A stretch of DNA of 64,000 bases from an uncultured Verrucomicrobiae bacterium (GTDB lineage: Bacteria > Verrucomicrobiota > Verrucomicrobiia > Chthoniobacterales > UBA10450). The stretch lies in contig CAVTMK010000002.1 of NCBI GenBank assembly GCA_963735805.1, positions 288,001 through 352,000 on the forward strand. The letters are read 5' to 3'. Position numbers and translations under genes: made by a program. The notes below the pieces were generated by a model. That model worked only from the letters and a program-made list of their open reading frames with translations, made no database searches and was not told the DNA's origin. Shown here piece by piece: positions 38,334 through 49,700 of this stretch. Position 1 is the stretch's first letter. Each line of letters opens with the position of its first letter.

Positions 38334-40385
38334 CTAATGTGGAGGTGTAGGACGCGGCGGCGGCGTTGGGCGAGACCTGGGCCTGGGGCTGGTCCTTGGT
38401 GTTGGAGTAGGTCGTGGCGTCGCTGTTGCGGTTGGTGTTGCTGTCGCGGTCGCGGTTGCTGTTGCGGTAGGTGTTGGGGTTGGACTAGAAGTGGGCGTCG
38501 GAGTTGGTGTGCCACCCTGCACAGGGGCCCGAATGGCAACCGTCATCGGGTCTCCTGTTTTGAAGAAATCGACCGTCGCATTTGCAACTTGCGGCGGTTG
38601 ATCGGCATCGAATCGGAAATTATAAAGTGTACCCCAGCGAATCGCATTGGCGTTTTGATTGTTTGCAAACGTTTCCGTAGCCCAGGTCAGTGAACTGGCA
38701 GTCTGAGTGGGCGTCCACGGCGTGCTGCTATATCCCTGGCTGTTCAGTGTGCCGTCGTTTGCCCATCCCGGATGTTGAGGCGGGGCGTGAAATCCGATGT
38801 TACTGATGTTGACACCAGCTCCTAAAGGCACACTGAAAGATTGAATCGCTCGATCCAGGTTCATGTTGTAGAGAGCGTACTCATAGTGCCAGATTCCAGG
38901 CGATGGGTTGGTCACCTTATAACCCATGAACCAGAAGCCGTCGTTGCCCGGATCGGGCTCCGACCGGTTCACTGTTGCGCCCGTCCAAGCCCAGATGGCA
39001 CTCAGCATTCGCACGGTGTTACCGACTGGCGAAAAACTGAAACTGGTGGTGCCGCTCACGTTGTACTGTCGATGGGAGGCGTTGTTTGACATGTTGCATT
39101 CCGAAGGATGCGTCTGGCACCAGCTGTACTCGCTCGGGGCGACATATTGCGCTTCAGCAAAATAGGTCGCGCCCTGATTGAGTGTTGTGTTGAGATCGTT
39201 GACTTCCACCAGAACCCGGTGCGACACGCCGTCGTGATTGTGACCGCTGTGATCGTTCGCAGTTGTTGGAAAGTTACCAGTGAATGGATTGACCCACGCG
39301 CGCGAGCCAATCTGGTCTTGGTCACCGTTCAGGCCCGCAGAATACGGGTCGGAGCAGCCCGGGCAAAGATGGCTGCCCGTGCCGCAACCGCTGGTATTAC
39401 AACCAAGGCTGCAAGCGTCGTCTTCCAGCGCAAAGAAGGTATGCTTGAGCCACGATTGACCAATTTGTTCGAACCGCTCGGTGTTATCTGCCCCGCCACT
39501 CATCCGATAAAAATTTTGCGGAACGACCGGGTGATCGGTATTTGGCAACTGAAACCAATCGACTGGCTGGTCGCCATTATTGCAAGAAGTCGTCGCTATA
39601 GCGAGACCGACTTGTGTGCCAGCGTTCCCGAGTTCTTCTACATCTGGCAGATCTCCTACAATGACATCGGGTCCGTGTGTTGCCGTTGGCGTTTGTGCCT
39701 CGATCGCACGAAGCAGCGGCGGCATGGTCACACCTTCGACTTGGCCGTTAACAAGCTCCTTGATTTCTACTGGCTGCATTGCCGCGCCGATGGATATTTT
39801 TCCCACGACTGTTCCCGCTTCCGAAGGGCGCCCAAGAGCGTTGGCAAAATCTTGCGACATCACGAGTCTTCCGCCGTTGATGGCCAGCGACTGCCCGCTG
39901 GCGTCGTAGTCGTACTGGTGTCCTTCAATATTGAAAAAGGTGAAGCCCGTTTTTGCGTCGCGCACAACGAGGTCCACACTTTGGCCCGCAGGAAGTTTTT
40001 CCACGACCAGCGAACCGATCGATTGACTCAGTATCCCCTGAAGCGCCGGGATCCCGCGGCTGCGGGAGGCGATCAAGGACATCGATCCGGGCGCGGAGCC
40101 GCGTAACACATCGTTCAAAACCAGAATGGGAAAGAAGGAGTTGGCCGCCACGGCGAATTGCACTTCTTGCACTCCGTCTCGCGCGGCCGAGCTGATTCCA
40201 TTCAGACGGTTGAGGTCGAGCGACATCGTTGCGGTTCCGCTTTCCACGATCAGCTTTTGAAGGGTCCCAGTGGCTTCACCTTGGTTGTCTGGACTCTTCT
40301 GCTGCGCGACGCGATCAGTAGAGCCCGACGAGCTGAGAAGAAAAAGAAACGGGAGAATAAAGATAGTCAGGGCTTTTTTTAACAT
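38334..40385 (-). CDS. Secreted Cys-rich protein, paralog A (lysyl-oxidase-like core), PT linker, Pro/Arg tail
   Basis: Start MLKKALTIFILPF; core GPDVIVG...SCNNG...QSWLKHTFFALED...PGCSDPY; ends PRPRSRPTPPPRPTPPH. Confidence 0.8.
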   Translation of the reverse strand: MLKKALTIFILPFLFLLSSSGSTDRVAQQKSPDNQGEATGTLQKLIVESGTATMSLDLNRLNGISSAARDGVQEVQFAVAANSFFPILVLNDVLRGSAPGSMSLIASRSRGIPALQGILSQSIGSLVVEKLPAGQSVDLVVRDAKTGFTFFNIEGHQYDYDASGQSLAINGGRLVMSQDFANALGRPSEAGTVVGKISIGAAMQPVEIKELVNGQVEGVTMPPLLRAIEAQTPTATHGPDVIVGDLPDVEELGNAGTQVGLAIATTSCNNGDQPVDWFQLPNTDHPVVPQNFYRMSGGADNTERFEQIGQSWLKHTFFALEDDACSLGCNTSGCGTGSHLCPGCSDPYSAGLNGDQDQIGSRAWVNPFTGNFPTTANDHSGHNHDGVSHRVLVEVNDLNTTLNQGATYFAEAQYVAPSEYSWCQTHPSECNMSNNASHRQYNVSGTTSFSFSPVGNTVRMLSAIWAWTGATVNRSEPDPGNDGFWFMGYKVTNPSPGIWHYEYALYNMNLDRAIQSFSVPLGAGVNISNIGFHAPPQHPGWANDGTLNSQGYSSTPWTPTQTASSLTWATETFANNQNANAIRWGTLYNFRFDADQPPQVANATVDFFKTGDPMTVAIRAPVQGGTPTPTPTSSPTPTPTATATATATATPTATATPRPTPTPRTSPRPRSRPTPPPRPTPPH

Positions 40386-40568
40386 TGTTTGAACGGTGAT
40401 TGGTTTCTTTGGGCAGGTGCTGGAGAGAGCTGCAATATTTCTCATGGACACCGCTGTGAAGTAAAGGAAATCCCGAAAAAACTTGGTGACGATCCTTTTG
40501 GAATAACGACGGTTTTTGGGTCGCGATGGGTCACCGGGGCGGGATTCTGTTAATCGGCAGCAGCGATT

Positions 40569-42521
40569 GTGGCCTGCCTGCTGGCGCTCGCCCTCTTTTG
40601 GCGTAAATTCGCCAACCTCGTGAAAAGCGGTTGCGTCAGCCGAGAACTCAAAGCCCCGGTCTCCAATAAGGGCCGTCCCGTCTCTACGGAAAAAAATTCT
40701 CCCGTTCAAAAGAGCGGAATTCGCAAATCAAAAACAGGCCGGTGGCGAGCGGCGGCCCTGATTCTGCTCAACCTGTTCATGATCGCGCACATCATTCAGT
40801 GGCGCATGATGGGAAGAACAATTTCGCCGATCGAACCTTCGGAAACGATGTACACGTTGCAAAAGGGGTTCATCAATGCGGGATTCATCTTTTTTACTCT
40901 TGCGATCCTGGCAACGTTGATCTTCGGGCGATACATCTGCGGCTGGGGCTGTCACATTCTTGCCCTGCAGGATTTCTGCGGCTGGCTGCTAAAGAAGATC
41001 GGCCTCACTCCGAAACCGTTTCGATCGCGACTGTTGGTTTACGTTCCGCTCATTGGCGCGCTCTACATGTTTGTCTGGCCCGTCGTATATCGACTGTTCA
41101 CGGAACCGCACGAACCGCTTATTCCCATTTTCACCAATCATCTGGTGACGACTAATTTTTGGCAGACGTTCCCTTCGGTAGTAGTGGCCATTCCGTTTCT
41201 TTTTGTCTGCGGTTTCATGACGGTCTATTTTTTGGGGCAAAAAGGGTTTTGCACTTACGCCTGCCCTTATGGCGGATTTTTTGGACTGGCCGATAAATTG
41301 TCGCCGGGAAAAATCCGTGTCACGCCGGCGTGCAATCAATGCGGCCACTGCACCGCAACGTGCACTTCAAATGTCCTGGTGCATGCAGAAGTAAAACAGT
41401 ACGGGATGGTGGTCGATCCCGGTTGCATGAAATGCATGGACTGCGTGAGCGTGTGCCCGAACGACGCCCTTTACTTTGGTTTCGGCAAACCGTCGATTCT
41501 GGTTCCCAAATCGGACGCAATTAAGAGGAACTATTCTTTAACATGGCCGGAAGAAATCGTAGGCGTGTTCGTGTTCTTTGGAAGTTTTCTGGCTGTTCGC
41601 GGTGTTTATGCGCTGGTCCCATTCCTGATGGCGCTCGGTTGCGCGACGGTCACGACGTTTCTCACCTTGAAAATGTGGAGATTGTTCCAGGCGAAAGAAT
41701 TGTCCTTTTACCGTTTCAACTTGAAGTCTGGTGGCAGAATTCGAAAGGCAGGCTGGGCGTTTGCAATCTTCGCCTTTGTCTGGATTGGATTGAACGCACA
41801 GAGCGGATGGATTCGCTATCATGAGTTTCTGGGTAACCGGGCATTTCAGAAAGTCCACCTGCCGGACGAGCTAGCGCTGGCTCAGGTTAATCCGGGTCGC
41901 TGGCTCAGTCCGGCCGATCGCGATAACATCTCCCAGGGAAAGGAACATCTTCAGGCCGCTTCAAGGTTTGGACTCTTTGTAAACAGCGAAGCACTACCGA
42001 AGCTGGCATGGTTTGAATATCTCCTGGGTGATGCGGAACGATCCGTCCACTTACTCGGCCAGTCTGCGGCTTACCAGAAAGAACAGGGGAAGGCTTTAAG
42101 CCTTTATTATCGCGGTGCAATCTTGAATCGGCTGGGGCGTTACGACGAGGCTATGGCTAGTCTGGATCAAGCCCTGGCAGAACGAGATGACTTGATTCTC
42201 GCGCGCCAGGAAAAAGGCGAATCGCTCTGGCAGCTTGGCCGCAGGGACGAAGCAATTTCGATGTGGGCTGATGCCGTGCGGCGTAATCCACGCCTGGCCC
42301 TCGTGAATAACGAGCTTGCCGGCGCAGAACAGTCGTTAGGTAATGCCGAAGAGGCCAATAGTTATGAAATGCAGGCTGACCAGGTCACACCCAATGATCC
42401 GCTTTTCCATTGGATGATTGGACGCCGACTCCAGGACCTTGGTATGAGTGAGTTGGCCGAAAAGCATTTCCAGCGCGCTTCCCAGCTGGATCCTGGGAAT
42501 CAATTGCCCGCTGGGCGTTAA
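40569..42521 (+). CDS. Membrane 4Fe-4S polyferredoxin (NapH/MauN/CcoG-like) fused to TPR repeats
   Basis: GRYICGWGC, FCTYACPYG, CNQCGHCTATC, CMKCMDCVSVCP; C-terminal TPRs; start uncertain (possibly GTG 40620). Confidence 0.85.
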   Translation: MACLLALALFWRKFANLVKSGCVSRELKAPVSNKGRPVSTEKNSPVQKSGIRKSKTGRWRAAALILLNLFMIAHIIQWRMMGRTISPIEPSETMYTLQKGFINAGFIFFTLAILATLIFGRYICGWGCHILALQDFCGWLLKKIGLTPKPFRSRLLVYVPLIGALYMFVWPVVYRLFTEPHEPLIPIFTNHLVTTNFWQTFPSVVVAIPFLFVCGFMTVYFLGQKGFCTYACPYGGFFGLADKLSPGKIRVTPACNQCGHCTATCTSNVLVHAEVKQYGMVVDPGCMKCMDCVSVCPNDALYFGFGKPSILVPKSDAIKRNYSLTWPEEIVGVFVFFGSFLAVRGVYALVPFLMALGCATVTTFLTLKMWRLFQAKELSFYRFNLKSGGRIRKAGWAFAIFAFVWIGLNAQSGWIRYHEFLGNRAFQKVHLPDELALAQVNPGRWLSPADRDNISQGKEHLQAASRFGLFVNSEALPKLAWFEYLLGDAERSVHLLGQSAAYQKEQGKALSLYYRGAILNRLGRYDEAMASLDQALAERDDLILARQEKGESLWQLGRRDEAISMWADAVRRNPRLALVNNELAGAEQSLGNAEEANSYEMQADQVTPNDPLFHWMIGRRLQDLGMSELAEKHFQRASQLDPGNQLPAGR

Positions 42522-42654
42522 GCGTCGATCGGCCGGAGGCAGCTGGAAGGTGAGAAGCAACATCCTAGTCAATTGCCTGTTCACCCAGAGTCGCTGAGGC
42601 GTTGCTCGTGTTCCTGAAGCGTATAGGATAACAAACAACCTTGAGGTATACCTT

Positions 42655-43131
42655 ATGCCTAATGAAGCGACTCGGCCTCCGCTACCTCCATTTACTCGCG
42701 AGACAGCGGTTAAGAAGGTTCGTCTGGCTGAAGACGCCTGGAACACTCGCGATCCGGAAAAAGTGGCACTCGCGTACACAATTGATTCGCGTTGGCGAAA
42801 TCGTGCTGAGTTTCCGAATGGACGACAGGAGATCATTCAGTTCCTCAAGCGGAAGTGGGCGAAAGAATTGGACTATCGGCTCATCAAAGAGCTTTGGGCT
42901 TATACGGAAAATCGAATCGCTGTCCGGTTCGCTTACGAATGGCACGATGACTCCGGGAATTGGTTCCGCTCCTATGGCAATGAGAACTGGGAGTTTGACG
43001 ATCATGGTCTAATGCGGTTTCGCCATGCGTCTATTAACGATCTGCCGATCCACGAGTCGGAAAGAAAATATCGGTGGCCGTTGGGGCGCCGACCAGATGA
43101 GCATCCGGGCCTAAGCGACCTCGGTCTCTAG
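42655..43131 (+). CDS. NTF2/SnoaL-like DUF1348 protein
   Basis: [36 protein letters not shown]...[12 protein letters not shown]. Confidence 0.88.
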   Translation: MPNEATRPPLPPFTRETAVKKVRLAEDAWNTRDPEKVALAYTIDSRWRNRAEFPNGRQEIIQFLKRKWAKELDYRLIKELWAYTENRIAVRFAYEWHDDSGNWFRSYGNENWEFDDHGLMRFRHASINDLPIHESERKYRWPLGRRPDEHPGLSDLGL

Positions 43132-43255
43132 TTGGAACAAACCGAAATCAAACGCCCGGTAGGATCTCGACTCCGTCGCTCTGCTATGTGGTCCCTCGCG
43201 AAAACACAGCAAGGTCGACGTGCAATTCACAAGTCGTCAAGGATCGACTGCTTTG

Positions 43256-45427
43256 TCAGTGCCGCGGCGTCGGACGCGGTCTCGGAGTTGGCCGCGACCG
43301 CGGCGGTGGAATCGCGCGAACCACTTCAAATTGGGTCATCATTCCGTCGTCCTCGTGCTCTACCATGTGGCAGTGAAGCATGTACATGCCGATGTGATCG
43401 GTGAACTTTAGCTTGATCTCCAGGGTCTCACCGGGAGCCAAATACCAGGTTTCCTTCATCGTTTCGTAGGGGTAACATGCACCTCCATCTCGACTGATGC
43501 ACTGCTGAGAGACGTCGTGAATATGCACTGTATGTGCCTGTCCGGTAGGATTTGTGAAGACCCACTTCTCGGTAGTTCCTAGTATAGGCCTGGCATCGAC
43601 GCGATTTGGATCGAACCGTAAGCCGTTGATCGTCCAGTGGCCTGCCGTCCTATCAAAGCTCCAGTTGCGCGTCACGGTAGGCTCGCCGATATCTGGCAGC
43701 GGGCGTAGCGTTGAAGGGATCGTGCTGTCGTCTATAAGATGCTCATTGACACGGAACTCAAGCAACGGGATACCCGTGAGCGAATCGACGAGATAAACGT
43801 CTTGTCCGAGTTTTCCAGCGAAATCGACAACAACATCCAGTCGTTCTGCCGGTCCCATTCGCATTTCTGTGCGTGTTACAGGCGCGGGAAGCAAACCGCT
43901 TTCAGTCCCAATTTGTGTGAAGAGATCGCCCGTGTTTAATGCCAGGTTGTAGGTGCGATGGTTAGACGCGTTTAAGATGCGGAACCGATATTTACGGTCG
44001 CCTACCTCGAGGTAAGGTTGATAAACACCGTTAACCAGGAACTTGTCGCCAGTTACACCGTTAGGGTCAAACACGTACGGGATTTGGTTTTTCGCGTCGA
44101 ATTGTCTGTCAGCGATTGCCAGAGGCAGGTCGAAGGCGCCGGAAGGGAGTGTCGCAGGATCGGCGGGATCATCCAATATGTACATGCCTGTTAGACCCAT
44201 CCATATGTTTCGACCGGTAACATCCATACGGTGATCGTGGTAGAACTGCATCTTGCCTCGCTGATTGCCGCCTTCTTCCAGTCCATCATAAAAATATGTG
44301 CGCGATCCTCCCGTCGGGATGAGAAGGCTATCTGGCTGGCCATCATTGACGGCGGTAGAGTGATTGCCGTGGTTATGCACGGTTAATCCGCCGGCAGCCG
44401 CGTCGAGGTTATTGGTAAAGGTGACGTTAGTCGTGTGTCCTGTAGGTCTGCGAATGGTTAGCCCAGGGTACGTGCCACCATAGGTCCACATATTAGTGCA
44501 TGGCCCATCCAGTATCTGGACGCACGCCTCGTCGATTCCTATGGAGACGTTCGCATTGGTGGTTACAGGCGGGAAGAGCAGTGGATGGGAGAAAGGTGTA
44601 GGTGTCGGCGTCAACGTTGGTGAAGGTGAAGCTGTAGGAGTAGGAGTGGACGTTGGTGTTGCCGTTGCGCTGGCAGTGGGGGTCGGGGTAGCAGTCGGAG
44701 TCGATGGTGGGGTGGGTGTCGGAGTCCCTGTCTTGTATTGAACAGCCAGCACTGGCGAGTTGATGCTCTCTCGAGTATCGAATCGTTTCGCTGTCGCAAT
44801 GCCTAACTCATCGCCTAACACCAGCCAGCCAAAGTTAGTTGCCGGATTATCCAGCCATAACTGCACGTCCGCGGTCATTTGTGGTGAACTCCAGGTGTAT
44901 ATTCCAACGGCGCCGACTGACTGGCTTGCGCTCGCCTGGGCGGAGAAATCCCCGCCTTGCGTCGTCCAAAAGATGGTATTGAAAAAGCGATGGCGCCACG
45001 TGGCATCATCGGTGGTGGCGGGCGCTCCCATGCCTTCCTCTCCAGATGCCTGGGAAGTTCCTTCCCCCCAATCGGCAAGCAGCTTGTGCAGCTCAGTGGT
45101 TCTGGCAGTGCTGGAAGGTGTTCTAGACATGTTTAGAGTCAGAGTCACGCTGGCGATCGTTGAGCCTGCCGGGACGTTTCCAGCGACGTCGAACGCAAGC
45201 ACACCGCGACGGAGTTCGCCCATGGCGGTCTCACCGGTGAAGAAGTGAGCGCCGAGAGCATTGCTACGGTCGCCATCCGCAGCAACGTACTCATAGAGCG
45301 TGTTGTCCTTACTGGGATTAATATTGACAGTGTCCGCAATCGCCAAACTGGGATCGATACCGCCAAGCGCAGTCGCGAATATAATCGGACCTAAAATTCC
45401 AGGAATCTTAATGGGTTGGGTGTACAT
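43256..45427 (-). CDS. Multicopper oxidase with N-terminal DNRLRE-like domain, PT linker and Pro/Arg tail
   Basis: Cu motifs TVHNHG, YHDH, HTVHIH, HCHMVEHEDDGMM; N-domain nearly identical to 45555..46328; ends [17 protein letters not shown]. Confidence 0.9.
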   Translation of the reverse strand: MYTQPIKIPGILGPIIFATALGGIDPSLAIADTVNINPSKDNTLYEYVAADGDRSNALGAHFFTGETAMGELRRGVLAFDVAGNVPAGSTIASVTLTLNMSRTPSSTARTTELHKLLADWGEGTSQASGEEGMGAPATTDDATWRHRFFNTIFWTTQGGDFSAQASASQSVGAVGIYTWSSPQMTADVQLWLDNPATNFGWLVLGDELGIATAKRFDTRESINSPVLAVQYKTGTPTPTPPSTPTATPTPTASATATPTSTPTPTASPSPTLTPTPTPFSHPLLFPPVTTNANVSIGIDEACVQILDGPCTNMWTYGGTYPGLTIRRPTGHTTNVTFTNNLDAAAGGLTVHNHGNHSTAVNDGQPDSLLIPTGGSRTYFYDGLEEGGNQRGKMQFYHDHRMDVTGRNIWMGLTGMYILDDPADPATLPSGAFDLPLAIADRQFDAKNQIPYVFDPNGVTGDKFLVNGVYQPYLEVGDRKYRFRILNASNHRTYNLALNTGDLFTQIGTESGLLPAPVTRTEMRMGPAERLDVVVDFAGKLGQDVYLVDSLTGIPLLEFRVNEHLIDDSTIPSTLRPLPDIGEPTVTRNWSFDRTAGHWTINGLRFDPNRVDARPILGTTEKWVFTNPTGQAHTVHIHDVSQQCISRDGGACYPYETMKETWYLAPGETLEIKLKFTDHIGMYMLHCHMVEHEDDGMMTQFEVVRAIPPPRSRPTPRPRPTPRH

Positions 45428-45554
45428 GAATGTTCCAAAACGTCAGGGTCGCTGCGGTCCTTGTGCTTGCTATATGTTTTTAGTCAGGCATTGCCAGCCG
45501 AGATTGCGCGAGTCGTAAGTCGCCGTGGTGCTGGCGCGCGATTCGCTACAACTG

Positions 45555-46328
45555 TTATTCACCCACGGCCGTTGCCTCCTGGATCGGCGGGGTAGGGCGG
45601 GGTCTGGGAGTAGGACGCGGCCTCGGTGCAGCCCTGATGTATTCGATGGTCAACACCGGCGGGTTGGTGCTCTCTCGAGTATCGAACCGCTTCGCTGTTG
45701 CAATGGCCGACTCGTCGCCTAACACCAGCCAGCCGAAGTTAATGGCCGGATTATCCACCCAGGACTGCACATCCGCGATCATCTGCGGCGAGCTCCATGT
45801 GTACACTCCAGTTGCGCCGACCGACTGGCTTGCGCTGACGATGCCGGAAAAGTCTCCGCCTTCGGCTGTCCAAAAAATATTATCGAAAAAACGGTGCCGC
45901 CAGGTGGCATCATTGGGAGTAGCCGGCGCTCCCGTGCCTTCTCCTCCGGATGCCTGAGACGTTCCTTCTCCCCAATCAGCGAGCAGCTTGTGCAACTCGG
46001 TGGTTCTGGGAGAACTGGAAGGCGTCATGGACATGTTGAGGGTAAAGGTCACGTTTGTGATCGTCGAGCCTGGGGGGATGTATGCGGCGATGTCGAACGC
46101 GAGCACACCCCGGCGAAGTTCGCCCATGGCTGTCTCGCCGGTGAAAAAGTGGAGGCCAAGAGCATTACTCAGGTCGCCATCCGCGGGAACGTACTCGTAC
46201 AGGGTGTTGTCCTTGCTGGGGTTTATATCGATCGTGGTCGCGCTCGCTAAACTGACAGCGCTGGCAAGAATCGCCGCCGCTGTAAGTGCGCGTAAAGTTT
46301 TAAGGGAGTTTGCGGTTTGGATATTCAT
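45555..46328 (-). CDS. Secreted DNRLRE-like (putative carbohydrate-binding) domain protein with Pro/Arg tail
   Basis: Signal peptide, KDNTLY, R.VLAFD, I....TL, DVQSWVDNP..NFGW, F..RE..P.L.I.Y; tail [14 protein letters not shown]. Confidence 0.7.
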   Translation of the reverse strand: MNIQTANSLKTLRALTAAAILASAVSLASATTIDINPSKDNTLYEYVPADGDLSNALGLHFFTGETAMGELRRGVLAFDIAAYIPPGSTITNVTFTLNMSMTPSSSPRTTELHKLLADWGEGTSQASGGEGTGAPATPNDATWRHRFFDNIFWTAEGGDFSGIVSASQSVGATGVYTWSSPQMIADVQSWVDNPAINFGWLVLGDESAIATAKRFDTRESTNPPVLTIEYIRAAPRPRPTPRPRPTPPIQEATAVGE

Positions 46329-46652
46329 TTAGTTTTCAAAACCTTGAGATGATACTTGAAAGATTGAAATGCTGAAAAGGTGAAATTCTTGCTCTTTTTT
46401 TGCCCGCCTACAACGCTGTCGCACTGCGGACAGGGAAACGTCCAACGCTGAATTCCGATAATGTGCCGGTGCCCCTTCGGTGCTCAATGATTGTGTGCCT
46501 CTGTAGCCGCATGTCGCTGCTCGCCACAAATTTGTATTTGGTGCTTCCGAGCCGTCGGGTCGTCCACCACCCGCTACGATAAACGAGCGGTATCAGCCAC
46601 CGTTTTGGGTCGGTCTTAAGCGTCTGTGCCAGCCTCCTTTCGCCTCAAGCAG

Positions 46653-46680
46653 GGAACTCGCGAGTTGCCTCGCGAGTTCC
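46653..46680. terminator. 12-bp hairpin downstream of the 46727 gene
   Basis: GGAACTCGCGAG-TTGC-CTCGCGAGTTCC; no clear U-tract. Confidence 0.5.
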
Positions 46681-46726
46681 CGGATTTAACTAATTATTAA
46701 TTACCAATCACTAAAGCCTCAGTGTT

Positions 46727-49700
46727 TCACGGCGGCGTCGGCCTTGGGTGCGGCGTTGGACGCGGCCTGGGTGTTGCTCTGGGCGTAGGCGTGGGCGTCA
46801 CGGTCACCGAAGGTGTCGGCGTGGGTGTCCCCGGCGTTGGTGTGGGTGTAGGTGTCGTAGGTGTTGGCGTCGGTGTCGGTGTTACCGGTGTGGGTGTCGG
46901 TGTAGGCGTCCCAGGTGTGGGTGTAGGTGTAGGTGTCGTAGGTGTTGGCGTCGGTGTCGGTGTGGGTGTCGGTGTCCCGGGCGTTGGTGTGGGCGTCGGG
47001 CTTCCGCAGGTACCGCCAATTTGCAGATCGTAGAGTGTCGGGTTGCTGTTGTTTCCGCTTATCACGACTACGTGCGCCGCACCGGGTAGGCCCGTGAATG
47101 AGACGTGACTCGCGGAGTTACCGGGAATAGGATTGGGCATACCGAGCATCATTGGGCTGGAAGGATCAACGACTGGGTCACTGGCACTGAAGTCTCCGTC
47201 GTTGCCCTGGCCGCCAAACGGCATGGGATAATTTTCACCCGACCCCTGAACAGCTCCCTGGACCCAGACTACGCCGCCTGCAGTAGCGTAAGCTTCCAAC
47301 GCAGGAATGGCTGCTGTGTACTGAGCGATGAACTCAGCGAGGGTGGTGTCATCCCAGTTAAGAACGACTACTCGATAATCACTGAAGCTCACTGTTGCCA
47401 GGTCATCCGGTGTAAACTCAGTGTAAGTGTGCCCGTTAGCAGTGATGGCGTCCTTAAGAATGGTAGAACCCCAGGGATCGTGCGTATCGAACAACGCGAA
47501 GTCATTCGCAGCGGGCTGGCTCACAGCAAACGTATATTGAACGGTGTTGCTGGCCAGAGTCGGGTTCCACCCGTTCGGTGCGAAACCAAGGGTCATCCCG
47601 GAGCCGACCAGCAACCCGCAGCCCTTCGGCGCGGTACCCACGTATTGGTAGGTTCCCGTGAAGGCCTGGTTAGGATTACCAGACTGATCAGTGATTGATC
47701 CGGCAGGTAACGTGACGGTTAACGTGCCCGAGAAGATACTGGTGATGTTGATCGTGAACTCTGCGGTCATGTCACCATTAATCACGCTCACGGCTGTTAC
47801 GGTCGAACCCGGAACGCCGCTGAGTTGCAGATCGCTGGTCTGCACCGAGGCTGGATCCACGGCCTCATTGAAGTTCATGTCATACGTATAGCTGGCCGGC
47901 CCTGGCGGTTGGAAGGTGCCGCCATCGGGTGGGACAGTGTCAGTTACTGCTAACAGTGTCTCGTCGTAACGGAAAGTGCACTGGAATTCGAATACTCCCT
48001 GGTTATCCGACTGGCGGGTAAATGCGTCAGCGGGGATATGCATCGTCTGCTCACCCTGGTTTACTACCGGGGTGGTGTTGAAGGTAAAAGTAATAGTCTG
48101 GTCACCGTTGCTGAACGAGCGCGAGTCCGCTGGTATTCCATTAACCGTGAAATCGCTCGGATCCACAGTGCCCTCGTTGACCGCGTCAGACAGGTTAACC
48201 ACAAAGTCCGTCGGCTGAGTAGACACCACGCTGCCACAGGCCGGGTCGGTAGTGGTCACGGCAAAACCGACCAGCTCTCTGTCGGTGAAGGCGTCCTGCT
48301 GTGAACTACCGCTAATGGCTACGCGCCCGTCCGCCCACGAAGTGACGTGCTTGGTCAGCAATCGCAGCGCCGTAGTCGTAGTCGCCCACGTAGCTCCCCA
48401 CGATGTTCGGGTCGTTTTGTGCTGGCAGCGGACTGACCACGTCCGAGAACGTGTCGTCAGGCAACCAGCTCAAGCCGTTGTCGTTGGACTTGCGCGACCA
48501 CATCCGGTAACAGGGACTGGCTGGGTTACCATATTGGCAGTCGGTGTCGAGGCTCTCGCGCGCGTCATACCAGGTGGCTAGTAGCGTTCCGGCGGGACTG
48601 ACCGACAGGTTAGGCTGCCACTGAGGACGGGTGGTGGCATCCGTATTCAACTGGAACGGCGAGCTAAAGGTCACGCCGCCATCGGTCGAACGGATGTAAA
48701 AGACGTCGCCAGGATCGCTGCCAGCGCCGTGCTGGGCATAGACCAGGTGAACCACATTATTGAATGCAGCAGGCTCACCCCAGCCCTCGTGCCGCCAGTA
48801 GCAGCCGTTAGTGCTAAACATCCCGGCGAAGTAACCCGAAGAACACACGCCCGGTCCGGGAAAGCTCGGGCCTGTGTAAGTGTTAGCCCAGGTGGCACCG
48901 CCGTCAGTTGACTTAAAGATGAGGTTCTTATCGTTGTGGGGAAAGCCACCACCGCCTTCGTCCATGCCGGCGATATAGAGGGTCCCGTTACCCGACATAT
49001 CACCCGTGATCTGTGTATTGCGGATGAAGGTACCGCTGTTGATCACCGTTACTGCCGGGCTCCACGTGTTGCCATTGTCAGTTGAAAAGCTTTCGACCAG
49101 GGCACCTTGACCCACATTAAAGTCGTTCCAGGAAACATACATCCGCCCGAAAAACGGAGAGCTTGGGTTGTTGTCGGCCCAGCCAGACTCGCGGTCGTCG
49201 CCGCCGTTGTTGTGAACGCAGAAGTGCGTCCAGCTATTTGGATCCTCGGGATCAGTCGACTTATACCCGCCCAAAGTGCAGCTCCCGTTAGCATCCAGCC
49301 AGACAGTAAACCAAGTCTGTGTCGGCTTGTTATACAGAATAACCGGGTCGCCAAATGTATTGGAGAACGGGCTACAACCGCTGCCGTTGGTCAGACGGGT
49401 GTAGGTCAGTCCGCCGTCGGTGGAAGTCGATGCGCCAGAAAAGTTGCTGTTGTTCGCGCATCGGGAGTCATTGAACGCCACGATCACCTCGTCGGGATTA
49501 TCCGGATTGGCCGTGGTGAATGTTTCCGACTGAATAATGTGCGGAGGGGTCTCAGTCCCTGTAACCAGGTCCACGTCCGTGCCGCCAAAGCTCACCGGCG
49601 CTATGAGGTTGCGCACAATCTTGGAGAGCGCACTGGAATTCCCGCCTTCTTCGTCAGGATCGCCGCCTCCCTTGGCCTGGCCGCAGAAAATCATGATCGC

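Noticed and set aside
40386..40709. 108-aa N-terminal extension of paralog A in the ORF track
   Set aside because: The signal peptide and paralog alignment begin at ATG 40385; the extension covers the promoter-like motif and overlaps the divergent gene.
46722..47033. GVGVGV-rich plus-strand ORFs (also 50342, 52465, 54517, 58081, 60830)
   Set aside because: They are antisense shadows of the Pro/Thr linkers on the minus strand.
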